A stretch of DNA of 64,000 nucleotides from Pseudomonas flexibilis. Its GTDB lineage: Bacteria; Pseudomonadota; Gammaproteobacteria; Pseudomonadales; Pseudomonadaceae. The notes under the pieces are model-generated. The model was given only the letters and a program-made list of their open reading frames with translations. It did no database searches and was not told the DNA's origin. The stretch covers positions 36,788-100,787 of the forward strand of contig NZ_JRUD01000009.1 in assembly GCF_000802425.1 (NCBI RefSeq). Reading direction: 5' to 3'. This document shows positions 41,103 through 51,007 of this stretch, one piece after another (within the stretch, counting starts at the first letter, position 1; the number at the start of each line of letters is the position of its first letter). The position numbers and the translations under genes are program-made.

Positions 41103-41798
41103 TCAGTCGGCCTGCCGGGCCTGCAGACGGGCCAGCACCTTTTCGGCATTGCTTTCGCTGCCGGCCAGGCCTGCCGCACGCAGCTTGCGATCCAGCGCCG
41201 CGTCGCCGTTACCTTCGGCGGCCAGCTCCGCAGAGGCGTCCATCAGTGCGGCACGCTCGGCCTGCTTCTGCTTGATGCGCTCCAGCGACTCCACGGCGGA
41301 GTGCAGGCGCGACTGGGCGTCGCCATGCCGCTGGGTGACCGCCAGCTGGGCTTTCTGCACGCTTTCGGTGGCCTTGACGGTATCCACCTGCTGCTTGAGT
41401 TGCTTGATGTTGCCCTCGGCCTGGGCGATGGCCGCGCGCAGACGCGTGGCGCTGGCGGCAAATTCCTCACCCTGCTGGCGCTCGCCCGCCAGATCGTTCT
41501 CCAGGCGCGCGATCTTCTCCGCCACTTCACGGGCCAGTTGCGCATTATCGGCGTCGAGCGCGTTGAGGGCGTATTGCTCGTACTCGCCGATCTGCTGTTG
41601 CAGCTTGCTGGTCCGCTCCTCGGCCAGTTTCTGCCTGGCCATGATGCCCGCCAGGGCTTCCCGGGACCTGTGCAGCTCCTGCTCGGCATCACGGATTTCC
41701 TGATCGAGGATCCGCAGGGCCTGGCCATCGACCAGCGACTCCCCCACCTCGCGGGCACCACCGCGCAGGGCGGTGAGCAGTTTGCTCCAGACGTTCAT
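41103..41798 (-). CDS. pspA: PspA/IM30-family protein (phage-shock protein A / Vipp1 homologue, ESCRT-III-like), 232 aa
   Basis: All-helical coiled-coil protein with the PspA-like N-terminus (MNVWSKLLTALRGGAREVGESLVDGQALRILDQEIRDAEQEL). AAGGAG lies 7 nt upstream of the ATG at 41798. The track ORF extension is junk-like. Confidence 0.88.
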   Translation of the reverse strand: MNVWSKLLTALRGGAREVGESLVDGQALRILDQEIRDAEQELHRSREALAGIMARQKLAEERTSKLQQQIGEYEQYALNALDADNAQLAREVAEKIARLENDLAGERQQGEEFAASATRLRAAIAQAEGNIKQLKQQVDTVKATESVQKAQLAVTQRHGDAQSRLHSAVESLERIKQKQAERAALMDASAELAAEGNGDAALDRKLRAAGLAGSESNAEKVLARLQARQAD

Positions 41799-42048
41799 TG
41801 CGCGCTCCTTGTTGAAAGGAAATCCTTGCAGGCCTCGGTGGTCCTTGCGGGCTTCCTTGATGAGCGGCCCCGTTCGCGCAAAGACTGGCGATAGAGGGGC
41901 CGCCAACGGGTGGAGAACATGCCTCCATGCGGCGCGCACGCTAACGGCTCGCAGGCGAGGCGCCAACCCTTACGAACGGCTGACGCCTGAAAACGTGATG
42001 CAGATCACGGTTGCGCAACGCGGACGCGTGGCGCGGAGCGGTTGGGTA

Positions 42049-42321
42049 TCAAGCGTAGTTGCGCACCCGGTCGCTGCCGCGCAACGCGGCGAGCACGGTT
42101 TCGTCGGCACTGCCACCGGCGACCAGCAGGTCGCGGCGCACGCTGTCCAGCACTTCGGCCAGGCCGGCGGGGTGGCTGAGCAGCGCACGGCCAACCACCC
42201 GGCTGATCAGCGGCTCGCCCTTCTCGTCATGCAGGGTGATGACCCGACCGCCATCGGGCCGGCGCGGCCCCAGGGTGACGTTGTAGGAAGCCAGCGCGGC
42301 CAGCAGTGCATTCATGTCCAT
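42049..42321 (-). CDS. Small hypothetical protein (about 90 aa) immediately upstream of the pspA-like gene
   Basis: Protein-like composition, co-directional with the cluster. Start ambiguous between ATG 42321 and ATG 42315; the RBS is weak. Confidence 0.5.
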   Translation of the reverse strand: MDMNALLAALASYNVTLGPRRPDGGRVITLHDEKGEPLISRVVGRALLSHPAGLAEVLDSVRRDLLVAGGSADETVLAALRGSDRVRNYA

Positions 42322-42328
42322 CCGATAC

Positions 42329-42359
42329 AGCCCCGGTAACCGATTGAAAAACCGGGGCT
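42329..42359 (-). other. 9-bp inverted repeat (AGCCCCGGT ... ACCGGGGCT) between the nadA stop and the small gene start
   Basis: Seen directly. The loop is 13 nt with a leading TTTTT. It is a possible nadA terminator or attenuator, but the structure is ambiguous. Confidence 0.3.
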
Positions 42360-42387
42360 TTGAGGCCGGCAAAGGCGGAAAGTTCCG

Positions 42388-43446
42388 TCAGGCGTTGCCA
42401 GCCAGGCGCAGGCGCGCGGCCTGGGTGAAATCCAGCATGCGCTTGAGCGGCTTGACGGCGCGCGGCACCAGTGCCGAGTCCACGAGGATCTCGTTGCTGC
42501 CCTCGCGCAGGGTATGCAGAGTCCGCTCCAGGGTGTTCATGGCCATCCACGGGCAGTGTGCGCAGCTGCGACAGGTGGCACCGCTGCCGGCGGTGGGCGC
42601 CTCGATGAACTCCTTGTCCGGGCAGAGCTGCTGCATCTTGTAGAAGATGCCGCGGTCGGTGGCGACGATGAAGGTCGGATTGGGCAGGGTCTGCGCCGCC
42701 TTGATCAACTGGCTGGTGGAGCCTACCGCGTCGGCCAGCTCGATGACCGCTTCGGGGGATTCCGGGTGCACCAGCACAGCCGCTTCGGGGTACAGGACCT
42801 TCATGTCGGCCAGTTGCTTGGCCTTGAACTCCTCGTGAACGATGCAGGCGCCATCCCACAGCAGCATGTCCGCGCCGGTTTCACGCTGGATGTAGCGACC
42901 CAGGTGCTGGTCGGGTGCCCAGATCAGCTTCTCGCCGTTGTCCATCAGGCTCTCGACGATCTCCAGCGCGCAGCTGGAGGTCACCACCCAGTCGGCACGC
43001 GCCTTGACCGCTGCCGAGGTGTTGGCATACACCACCACGGTGCGCTCGGGATGCTGGTCGCAGAAGGCGGCGAATTCCTCCACCGGACAACCGAGGTCGA
43101 GGGAACAGGTGGCCTCGAGGGTGGGCATCAGCACGTGCTTTTCCGGATTGAGGATCTTGGCGGTCTCACCCATGAACTTCACCCCGGCCACCAGCAGGGT
43201 GCTGGCCGGGTGCTGACTGCCGAAGCGGGCCATCTCCAGGGAATCGGCGACGCAACCACCGGTTTCCTCGGCCAGTGCCTGCAGCACGGGATCGCAGTAG
43301 TAGTGGGCAACCAGCACGGCATCCTGCTTCTTCAGCTCGGCGGCGATTTCAGCGCGAAGGCTGGCCTCCTGCTCGGGCGTCAGCGGCTTGGGCTGCTTGG
43401 CGGCGAGGTGGGCTTGGACCAGGATGCGCTCGGGGATCTGAGACAT
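42388..43446 (-). CDS. nadA: Quinolinate synthase A
   Basis: The 352-aa product has three Cys ligands of the Fe-S cluster in conserved context and a typical NadA N-terminus (VAHYY). The internal ATG at 43446 was used. Confidence 0.93.
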   Translation of the reverse strand: MSQIPERILVQAHLAAKQPKPLTPEQEASLRAEIAAELKKQDAVLVAHYYCDPVLQALAEETGGCVADSLEMARFGSQHPASTLLVAGVKFMGETAKILNPEKHVLMPTLEATCSLDLGCPVEEFAAFCDQHPERTVVVYANTSAAVKARADWVVTSSCALEIVESLMDNGEKLIWAPDQHLGRYIQRETGADMLLWDGACIVHEEFKAKQLADMKVLYPEAAVLVHPESPEAVIELADAVGSTSQLIKAAQTLPNPTFIVATDRGIFYKMQQLCPDKEFIEAPTAGSGATCRSCAHCPWMAMNTLERTLHTLREGSNEILVDSALVPRAVKPLKRMLDFTQAARLRLAGNA

Positions 43447-43540
43447 GACGGCAGGACCTGCAAACTCGACTGAAGCGGAAGGCGAGTATACACCCGACCC
43501 AGCCACCGGCGGCTGCCTGCGGCATGGCGAGCGCATACGA

Positions 43541-43580
43541 AAAAGCCGGAAATCAATCTTTCAACTGATTTCCGGCTTCT
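43541..43580 (-). terminator. Rho-independent terminator of tRNA-Lys (12-bp perfect stem AGCCGGAAATCA/TGATTTCCGGCT plus U-run)
   Basis: Seen directly. It lies 13 nt downstream of the tRNA 3' end on the minus strand and is followed by TTTTT. Confidence 0.75.
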
Positions 43581-43592
43581 ACTCGTTTCAAC

Positions 43593-43668
<76 letters not shown>

Positions 43669-43679
43669 GATGGCTGTGC

Positions 43680-43707
43680 ATCATACTGATTTAATTCAGG
43701 AAATCAA
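43680..43707 (-). promoter_or_regulatory. Candidate sigma-70 promoter for tRNA-Lys (TTGATT-N16-TATGAT)
   Basis: On the minus strand the -10 hexamer ends about 11 nt before the mature tRNA 5' end. It lies in an AT-rich intergenic region. Confidence 0.45.
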
Positions 43708-43809
43708 CGGTTTTTTTATGCTGACCGAAAAAAAACGGTGAATGGCTTACCTGCGTTTCCTTTGACCGGCCTCAACAGGCGCACCCAGGCGAATTTCTAA
43801 GATGCGCCG

Positions 43810-44859
43810 ATGAAATCAAGCCTGTCCCAGCTGCTACTGCTTCCCATGCTGATCGCCCTGGCCGCGCTGCTCATCATGCTGACCTGGAGCGAACCACCCC
43901 GCGCGCCCGCTTCCGAGCATACCCACCGGTCGGTGCGCAGCCTGGAGCCCCTCGCCCCGCTGCCCATCCCTGCGGGCGCACCGGCCTCCGAGCGCGTGGC
44001 ACTGGGAGCCCGCCTGTACCACGACGCCCGCCTGTCCAGCGACGGCTCGGTCAGCTGCGCCAGCTGTCACCCGCTGCCCTACGGCACCGATGGCCGGGCG
44101 CGTTCGATCGGTGTGGGCGGCCAACTCAGCGAGCGCAACGCGCCCAGCGTGCTGAACGCCTCGCTCAACTTCGCCCAGTACTGGGATGGCCGCGCCGCCA
44201 CGCTGGCCGAGCAGGTCATCGGCCCGCTGCTCGATCCGCAGGAAATGGCTTCCAGCTGGTCCCGCATCGAGGCCCTGGTACGCGCCGACGGCGACTATGC
44301 GCAGGCCTTTGGTCACGTCTACGGCGGACTGGTCGACCGCCACAGCATCAGCGATGCCCTGGTCAGCTACCTGGAAACGCTGCCCACACCGGCTCCGTTC
44401 GACCGCTACCTGCGGGGCGATCCCGCCGCCATCGACGCCGAAGCCCGGCAAGGCTACGCGCTGTTCAAATCGCTCGGCTGCGCCAGCTGCCACCAGGGCG
44501 TCGGCGTGGGCGGCAACCTGTTCCAGCGCTTCGGCATCATCGCCGACTACTTCGCCGACCATCCGGACAATGCCGCCGACACCGGTCGGGAGCGCATCAC
44601 GGGGCGCGTCGAGGACCGCCACGTCTTCAAGGTTCCCAGCCTGCGCAATGTCGCCGTCACCGGGCCTTATTTCCACGATGGCTCGGTGGCGCGCCTGGAG
44701 GACGCCGTACGCATCATGGGCCGCTACCAGCTAGGCCGGCGGCTCTCCCACGAAGAGACCCGGCTGATTATCGCCTTCCTCGACACCCTGACCGGGGAGC
44801 CGCCCTCCCTGCCCACCACGGCCTATCTGCATGAAGATGTCCTTCCTGTCTCTCCCTGA
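43810..44859 (+). CDS. Di-haem cytochrome c peroxidase (CCP/MauG family)
   Basis: Signal/TM N-terminus and two CxxCH haem-binding motifs (CASCH twice) in CCP-like context. Confidence 0.88.
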   Translation: MKSSLSQLLLLPMLIALAALLIMLTWSEPPRAPASEHTHRSVRSLEPLAPLPIPAGAPASERVALGARLYHDARLSSDGSVSCASCHPLPYGTDGRARSIGVGGQLSERNAPSVLNASLNFAQYWDGRAATLAEQVIGPLLDPQEMASSWSRIEALVRADGDYAQAFGHVYGGLVDRHSISDALVSYLETLPTPAPFDRYLRGDPAAIDAEARQGYALFKSLGCASCHQGVGVGGNLFQRFGIIADYFADHPDNAADTGRERITGRVEDRHVFKVPSLRNVAVTGPYFHDGSVARLEDAVRIMGRYQLGRRLSHEETRLIIAFLDTLTGEPPSLPTTAYLHEDVLPVSP

Positions 44860-47431
44860 CTGGCAACGCGCCGCCCGCGCCCTGCTCATGGTGCTGTTGA
44901 TCGGCCTGTCGCTGGCCTGGCTGTTCTCACGCGCCGACAGCATTTCCATTGAGCAGCACCAGGACTACTCGCGACAGCTGCTGCGCCTGCAGCAGCTCGA
45001 CGCCGAGCTGAATGCTTCGGTCCTGGCCAGCCGCTACGACCTCTACCGCAATTTCGACCGGAGCAGCCAGGGCGTAAAGGACCTCCTGGCCATCACCCGT
45101 ACACTGACGCAGCTGCCCGATTATCTGCCCCTGCGAGATCGCCAGCCGCTGGAGGAGCAGGTCGCTCGACTGCGCCAGGCGAGCCTCGACAAGGCGGACG
45201 CGGTAGACCGTTTCAAGCGCGAGACGGCAATCCTGCGCAATTCCCAGAGCTATTTCCCACTGATCACCGACAGCCTGATCCGCGATGGCGTGCTGCAGCC
45301 GGCGCTGTCACGCGAGGTGGGCATCTTCGGCCGCTCGGTGATGACCTTTCTGCTCAGTGACGACCCTGGGCGTGGCGAGCGGTTGCGCCAGGAGCATGAC
45401 CGTCTGGCCGGGGTGGCCGAACGGCTACCTCCCGCCACGGCGGAGACGCTGCGCATCCTGCTCAGCCATGCCGCTCTGATCCTGACCCACAAGCCCACGC
45501 TGGATGCCATCACCCACGACATCCTTGAACTGCCGACCCATGCCCTGGGCGACACCTTGGGCCAGCGGTACGCCCAGGCCTATAACCAGGCGTTGCAGAA
45601 AGCCCGGCGTTATCGGGTGCTGCTGTTCGTGGTCGCGCTGGGGCTGGGTATCTATCTGGTGATGGCCGTGGCGCGCCGGCGGCGCCTGGCCGCGCAACTG
45701 GCGGACGCCAATCGCGAACTGCAGGAGCGCCTGGAAGCGCTGCACCAGGCCCAGGCCGAACTCAAGCGCTACGCCACAGTGTTCACCAACGCCCGGGAGG
45801 GCATGGTCATTACCGACGCCAGCGCCCAGATCATCGCGGTCAACCCGGCCTTTACCGAGATCACTGGCTATCCGCTGGAGCAGATCGCCGGCGCCACGCC
45901 GGCGGTCCTCTCGTCCGGACGGCAGGATGAGCACTACTACCAGAAGATGTGGTCCGCCCTGAAGGAGCGCGGCCAGTGGCAAGGCGAGATCTGGAACCGC
46001 CGCCGTAGCGGCGACATCTATCCCGAGTGGCTATCCATCGCCGCAGTGCGCGACAGCGAAGGCGAGACGACCCACTACATCGGCATTTTCTCCGACGTCA
46101 CCGAACGCAAGGAGGCCGAGGCGCGTATTCATCACCTGGCCCACCACGATGCCCTGACCGGCCTGCCCAACCGGCTGCTGCTCCAGGACCGGCTGGGGCA
46201 GGCGATCCGTGAAGCCCGGCGCAAGGGCAGCCAGGTGGGCATCCTGTTCATGGACCTGGACCGCTTCAAGTGGATCAACGACACCCTGGGCCACGACGCC
46301 GGCGACCACCTGCTGCGCACCATTACCCGGCGCTGCCTGGATGTGCTGCGCGAGTCCGACACCCTGGCACGCCTGGGCGGCGATGAGTTCGTGGCCATCC
46401 TGCCCGGCTTGCAGCAAGCCCAGGACGCCGGCCTGGTGGCGCGCAAGCTGCTGGCGGCGATCACCCAGCCGTGCATGCTGGGCAACCATGAACTCAGCGT
46501 CACCTGCAGCATCGGCATTGCCGTCTTTCCCGGCGACGGCACCACCGACTCCCTGCTGCTGCGCAACGCCGATGCCGCCATGTACCGGGCCAAGTCCGAA
46601 GGCCGCAACGGCTTCCAGTTCTATTCGACGGACATGAACACCGCCCGCCTGGGCGAGCTGCTGCTTGAACACCAGCTACGGGGCGCCCTGGAACGCCAGG
46701 AACTGTGCCTGTTCTATCAACCCAAGGTGGATGCACGGGACGGGACGCTGCGCAGCTGCGAGGCACTGTTGCGTTGGCGACATGCCGAAGAAGGCCTGCT
46801 GACACCCGATCGCTTCCTGCCGGCCGCGGAGGAGTCCGGCCTGATCGTGCCAATCGGCGAATGGGTGATCCGTGAAGCCTGCCGGCAGGTCCGCAGTTGG
46901 CTGGATGCGGGCCGTCAGCCGGTGCGCGTGGCAGTCAACCTGTCCGGACAGCAGTTCGCCCACCAGAACATCGTGCAGTTGGTACGCGACGCCCTGCAGG
47001 AATATCGCCTGCCACCCCAGTTGCTGGAACTGGAGCTGACCGAAACCATCCTGATGCGCGACATCGAGCGCACCCTGGTCATACTCGGCGAGCTCTGCGC
47101 GCTGGGCGTCAGCCTGGCCATCGACGACTTCGGCACCGGCTACTCGTCACTGGCCTACCTGCGCCAGTTCCAGGTGCACACGCTGAAAATCGATCGCAGC
47201 TTCGTGAATGACATTCAGGAAGGCGCCAACGATGCCAAGATCGCCTCGGCAGTCATCGGCCTGGCCCACAGCCTGGGCCTGCGGGTGGTCGCCGAAGGGG
47301 TGGAAACTCCCCTGCAGCAGGCGTTCCTCGCCAACCATGCCTGTGACTACCTGCAAGGCTACCTGTTCGGCAAACCGGAACCGGCCGACCGCTTCAGTGA
47401 GCGCCTGCAGCGCAGCTGGGTCATGGCCTGA
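44831..47431 (+). CDS. Membrane-anchored PAS-GGDEF-EAL protein (diguanylate cyclase/phosphodiesterase)
   Basis: N-terminal TM region, a PAS domain, a GGDEF domain (RLGGDEFV), and an EAL domain (EALLRW...DDFGTGYSSL...KIDRSF). The start overlaps the end of the peroxidase gene by 29 nt. Confidence 0.9.
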   Translation: MKMSFLSLPDWQRAARALLMVLLIGLSLAWLFSRADSISIEQHQDYSRQLLRLQQLDAELNASVLASRYDLYRNFDRSSQGVKDLLAITRTLTQLPDYLPLRDRQPLEEQVARLRQASLDKADAVDRFKRETAILRNSQSYFPLITDSLIRDGVLQPALSREVGIFGRSVMTFLLSDDPGRGERLRQEHDRLAGVAERLPPATAETLRILLSHAALILTHKPTLDAITHDILELPTHALGDTLGQRYAQAYNQALQKARRYRVLLFVVALGLGIYLVMAVARRRRLAAQLADANRELQERLEALHQAQAELKRYATVFTNAREGMVITDASAQIIAVNPAFTEITGYPLEQIAGATPAVLSSGRQDEHYYQKMWSALKERGQWQGEIWNRRRSGDIYPEWLSIAAVRDSEGETTHYIGIFSDVTERKEAEARIHHLAHHDALTGLPNRLLLQDRLGQAIREARRKGSQVGILFMDLDRFKWINDTLGHDAGDHLLRTITRRCLDVLRESDTLARLGGDEFVAILPGLQQAQDAGLVARKLLAAITQPCMLGNHELSVTCSIGIAVFPGDGTTDSLLLRNADAAMYRAKSEGRNGFQFYSTDMNTARLGELLLEHQLRGALERQELCLFYQPKVDARDGTLRSCEALLRWRHAEEGLLTPDRFLPAAEESGLIVPIGEWVIREACRQVRSWLDAGRQPVRVAVNLSGQQFAHQNIVQLVRDALQEYRLPPQLLELELTETILMRDIERTLVILGELCALGVSLAIDDFGTGYSSLAYLRQFQVHTLKIDRSFVNDIQEGANDAKIASAVIGLAHSLGLRVVAEGVETPLQQAFLANHACDYLQGYLFGKPEPADRFSERLQRSWVMA

Positions 47432-47459
47432 AAAAATCCCGCCAGGCGGCGGGATTTTC
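47431..47459. terminator. Bidirectional rho-independent terminator between convergent genes (AAAAAATCCCGCC-AGGC-GGCGGGATTTT)
   Basis: Seen directly. An 8-bp GC stem and 4-nt loop, flanked by an A-run and a T-run. Confidence 0.7.
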
Positions 47460-47464
47460 GGGGG

Positions 47465-48226
47465 TCAGCGCAGGTTCTTCAGATCGCGCTCGGCCAGCTT
47501 GGCGGCGGAGCTGCCTGGGTACTTGTCGATCACCTGCTGCAGCGCGGCCCGGGCCTTGTCGGTGCGTCCCAGACGGCGCTCGACATCCGCCAGCTTGTAG
47601 AGCGCATCCGGCACCTTGCTGTGATTCGGATAATCCAGGGTGACGCGGGCGAAAGCCTGACCGGCGGCCTGCAGATCGCCCTTCACCAGGCTGACCTCAC
47701 CCAGCCAGTACTGGGCATTGGCCGCGTAGCGGCTGTTGGGATAGCGGCGCAGGAAGGCGCCGAACGCCTGGCTGGCCTTATCGAAATCCTTGGCCTTGAT
47801 CAGATCGAAGGCGGCATCGTAGTAAAGCTTTTCCTTCGCAGGGTCGGCGGGTTCGCTGTCTGCGGGTGCCGGCGAGGGTGCGGGTGCCGGCGCCTGTGAC
47901 ACAGGCCCTGCCCCGTTGAGGCGATTGTCCAGTTGCTGATAGCGCTCCAGCGACTCCTGTTTCAGGCGCTGGATTTCGTACTGCTGCTCTTCGACCATGC
48001 CACGCAGGCGGGCCAGTTCTTCCTGCATCTGCTGCAGCTGGATGAAGAGTTCGCCCTGGGCCGAAGGCGGGACCATCGTCCCGCCCCCAACCTGGGCACC
48101 GCCGGAACCACTCACCGTAGGCAGGGGACGCAGGCGTCCCCCGCCTTCGCTGACCGGAACCTGGGCCATGGCGACCAGCGGCAGGCTGGCCAGCCAGGCG
48201 ATCAGAATCTGGCGGTACTTGATCAT
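47465..48226 (-). CDS. cpoB: Tol-Pal system protein CpoB (YbgF), TPR-containing periplasmic protein
   Basis: Signal peptide, a coiled-coil region (EEQQYEIQRLKQE) and C-terminal TPR repeats. It is the last gene of the tol-pal cluster. Confidence 0.9.
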   Translation of the reverse strand: MIKYRQILIAWLASLPLVAMAQVPVSEGGGRLRPLPTVSGSGGAQVGGGTMVPPSAQGELFIQLQQMQEELARLRGMVEEQQYEIQRLKQESLERYQQLDNRLNGAGPVSQAPAPAPSPAPADSEPADPAKEKLYYDAAFDLIKAKDFDKASQAFGAFLRRYPNSRYAANAQYWLGEVSLVKGDLQAAGQAFARVTLDYPNHSKVPDALYKLADVERRLGRTDKARAALQQVIDKYPGSSAAKLAERDLKNLR

Positions 48227-48231
48227 CGCAA

Positions 48232-48744
48232 TCAGTTCTGACGCAGTTCTACGCGACGGTTCTGCGCCCAGGACTCTTCGCTGCTGCCCATGGCAACCGG
48301 ACGCTCTTCGCCGTAGGAAACCAGCTCCAGCTGAGCCGGGGAAACACCCTGCATGCTCAGGTAGCGCTGCACGGAACCGGCCCGGCGCTCGCCCAGGGCC
48401 ATGTTGTATTCGCGGGTGCCACGCTCATCGGCATGACCTTCCAGGACCACGCGAACACCAGTAGCCTTCAGCACCTTGGCATGGGCGTCCAGGGCGCGCA
48501 TGGCTTCGGGCTTCAGATCAGCGCTGTCGTACTCGAAGTAGAAGGTGGTGATGGCGCGCAGAGCAGCTTCGGCATCGCTTGCGCTGGTGTCGACGGTGGA
48601 CTCTACCTGAGCCGGTGCAGTACCTGCAGTGTCGGCTTCGTAGGTGGTTTCGCCAGCGGTATCGCCGCCGGTAGAGGCACAACCAGCGGCAACAGCCAGG
48701 GCCAGGGCCAGGGCGGAGAGCTTACCGAACTTCAGCATTTCCAT
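48232..48744 (-). CDS. pal: Peptidoglycan-associated lipoprotein Pal (OprL-like, OmpA family)
   Basis: Lipobox (LAVAAGC) and an OmpA-like C-domain ([28 protein letters not shown]). Confidence 0.95.
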   Translation of the reverse strand: MEMLKFGKLSALALALAVAAGCASTGGDTAGETTYEADTAGTAPAQVESTVDTSASDAEAALRAITTFYFEYDSADLKPEAMRALDAHAKVLKATGVRVVLEGHADERGTREYNMALGERRAGSVQRYLSMQGVSPAQLELVSYGEERPVAMGSSEESWAQNRRVELRQN

Positions 48745-48797
48745 ATAACAACTCCAACAGTCAGGGATGATAGGAACACTTGTGGCGCCCCCGCTGC

Positions 48798-50102
48798 CTA
48801 GTTCAGGTAGGGGGACCAGGAAGGCTCGCGAACTTCACCTTGTGCGGTGGGTAACGCGATCCGGACTCGTCCGTTGATGGAGACGAGCATTAACACTTCA
48901 CGCCCCTGGTGACGAGTGGCGTAGATTAGCATCGTGCCATTAGGCGAAACAGTGGGCGACTCATCAAGTGTGGTGTCCGACAACAAGCGGAGATTCCCAC
49001 GCTGCAAGTCCTGTGCCGCCACCTTGAAATTGGTGTAGCCCTCCTGGCGATGCACCATCACCAGGGTCTTTTCGTCCGCCGACAGTTTCGGCGCGGCGTT
49101 GTAGTTGCCGACAAAGGTGATGCGCTCCGCCGCCGGGCCGCCAATACGCTGGCGGTAGATCTGCGGGCGGCCTGCGCGGTCCGAGGTGAAGTACAGGGTC
49201 TGCCCGTCCCGCCCCCAGAACGGCTCGGTATCGATCGCATAATGGTTGGTCACCCGCTGCATCCGCCGGCTCGCCAGTTCCATCACATAGATTTCGGGGT
49301 TGCCGTCGCGGGACAGCACGAACGCCAGCCGACTGCCGTCCGGCGAGAACGCCGGGGCGCCGTTCAGACCTTCGAATGCGGTGATCTGCTCACGCTGCCC
49401 GGTGTCCACATGCTGGATGAAGATGCGTGGCCGGCGCCCCTGCTCGAAGGACACATAGGCGATGCGCTTGCCATCCGGCGAGAAGCGTGGCGAAAGAATC
49501 GGCTCACGCGACTGCAGCAGGGTCACCGCCCGCGCGCCGTCGTAGTCCGAGCGCTGCAGGGTGTAGCGGGTATTGCGGGTTCCCAGGCGCTCGGCCGTCA
49601 CGTACAGCAGCTTGGTGGAGAAAGCACCCTTGGTGCCGGTGATCTTCTCGAACACCAGGTCGGCGATATGGTGGGCCATGTCGCGCAGCTGGGTAGCGCT
49701 GCCGCCTACCGTGCCGGTCAGCAACTGCTGCTGGGTGGCCACGTTGAACAGGGCGAACTGCGCCTGGTAGCGCCCGGCGTTCAGGTCCATGCTGCCCAGC
49801 AGCACGTACTGGGCGCCCAGGGCCTGCCAGTCGCGGTAGATCAACTCCGACGCCTGGGTCGGCAGGCTGATCATGTTCTGCCGCGGAATGGGTTCAAAAA
49901 TGCCGGAATTGCGCAGGTCGTTGCCGACGATGGAGGCGAGGTCCTCGGGCAGCACGGTGGCGCCCTGCCAACCAAAGGGCACCACGGCGACCGGGATGGC
50001 CCGATCGACGCCGCTGGTGACCCGAATGTCGGCTTCCTGTGCCACCGCCGCACCGGCCAGGCAGCACAAGCCGAGCAGGAGCATTCGAAAGACAGTATTC
50101 AC
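48798..50102 (-). CDS. tolB: Tol-Pal system beta-propeller protein TolB
   Basis: Signal peptide, a TolB N-domain and WD40-like beta-propeller repeats, 434 aa. Confidence 0.95.
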   Translation of the reverse strand: MNTVFRMLLLGLCCLAGAAVAQEADIRVTSGVDRAIPVAVVPFGWQGATVLPEDLASIVGNDLRNSGIFEPIPRQNMISLPTQASELIYRDWQALGAQYVLLGSMDLNAGRYQAQFALFNVATQQQLLTGTVGGSATQLRDMAHHIADLVFEKITGTKGAFSTKLLYVTAERLGTRNTRYTLQRSDYDGARAVTLLQSREPILSPRFSPDGKRIAYVSFEQGRRPRIFIQHVDTGQREQITAFEGLNGAPAFSPDGSRLAFVLSRDGNPEIYVMELASRRMQRVTNHYAIDTEPFWGRDGQTLYFTSDRAGRPQIYRQRIGGPAAERITFVGNYNAAPKLSADEKTLVMVHRQEGYTNFKVAAQDLQRGNLRLLSDTTLDESPTVSPNGTMLIYATRHQGREVLMLVSINGRVRIALPTAQGEVREPSWSPYLN

Positions 50103-51007
50103 AGCGCGAGATCCTCTGGCGTGAAGGTCATGGTAAAGGAGCGATACCGCTCGAACTCTTTGGGCTTGAGGCTCTGCACCTCGCTGACACGCCCGATGTT
50201 GCGCACCGCGGCGACCGCCGAGTTGTCGAAGGGGATATCGCCACTGGAATTCGCTACGTTGACGCCGGTAATGGTCCCGTCGGGCAGCATGGTCACGCGC
50301 AGCCGTACCGTCATGTTGGGACGAGCGGAGGGCGGACGGCTCCAGCCCTGGGCCGCGCGCAGACGCAGCAGATCGTCGATGTTGCCCATCGCCTCTTCGC
50401 TGACCTCATCGGCCAGCGCGGCCTGACGTTCGGTATCCTCCTTGAGCAGCTCAGCCAGTGCCTGGGCGCGGAGTTCTTCCTGCGCCTTGCGGGCAGCCTC
50501 TTCCTCGGCGGCCTTCTTCTTGGCCAGCGCCTCGGCGGCCTTGCGGGCCTTCTCCTCTTCGGCCTTTTTCCGGGCCTCCGCCTCGGCAGCCTTCTTCTTC
50601 GCCTCGTCCTCAGCCTTCTTGCGGGCGACCTCCGCCTGGCGCTTCTGCTCGGCGGCCTTTTTCTCGGCCTCGGCCTTTCGAGCCGCTTCGGCGCGCTTTT
50701 GTTCCTCAGCCTTGGCGGCGGCGATGCGCTGCTCCTCGGTCTTGCGCTGCTGTAGCTGCTCCATCTCGAATTCCCGGGCAGCGGTCTTCTTGGCCTCGCC
50801 GGCAATCTTCTGGCGAGTCTGGCTTTCGGCCTGGCTCTTGGATTTCATTTCATACAGGGTGGCCTGCACCACCGGGCGCGCCGGTGGCAGGTCAGGCGTG
50901 CTGGCGAAGCTCACGAACAGCAGACCGAACAGCACCGCGTGCAGACCCACGGCGCCGAGGACCGGCCAGAACCACGGTGAAGAGGACGCCTGTTCCGCGG
51001 GACGCAT
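50099..51007 (-). CDS. tolA: Tol-Pal system protein TolA
   Basis: N-terminal TM anchor, a long K/A/E-rich helical domain (repetitive at the DNA level, about 50440..50760) and a TolA C-terminal domain. Its start overlaps the tolB end. Confidence 0.9.
   Translation of the reverse strand: MRPAEQASSSPWFWPVLGAVGLHAVLFGLLFVSFASTPDLPPARPVVQATLYEMKSKSQAESQTRQKIAGEAKKTAAREFEMEQLQQRKTEEQRIAAAKAEEQKRAEAARKAEAEKKAAEQKRQAEVARKKAEDEAKKKAAEAEARKKAEEEKARKAAEALAKKKAAEEEAARKAQEELRAQALAELLKEDTERQAALADEVSEEAMGNIDDLLRLRAAQGWSRPPSARPNMTVRLRVTMLPDGTITGVNVANSSGDIPFDNSAVAAVRNIGRVSEVQSLKPKEFERYRSFTMTFTPEDLAL

Noticed and set aside
42340-42387. Canonical rho-independent terminator for nadA
   Set aside because: Only short or ambiguous hairpins are present (CCGG self-pairing; a 9-bp stem with a 13-nt loop). 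It is reported as a low-confidence hairpin, not a terminator.
50440-50760. Repetitive DNA (GCC/GCG/AAG/GAG-rich periodic repeats)
   Set aside because: This is the K/A/E-rich helical domain of TolA, i.e. coding low-complexity repeats, not a CRISPR array or noncoding tandem repeat. The flotillin gene (about 38700..39300) has comparable coding repeats.
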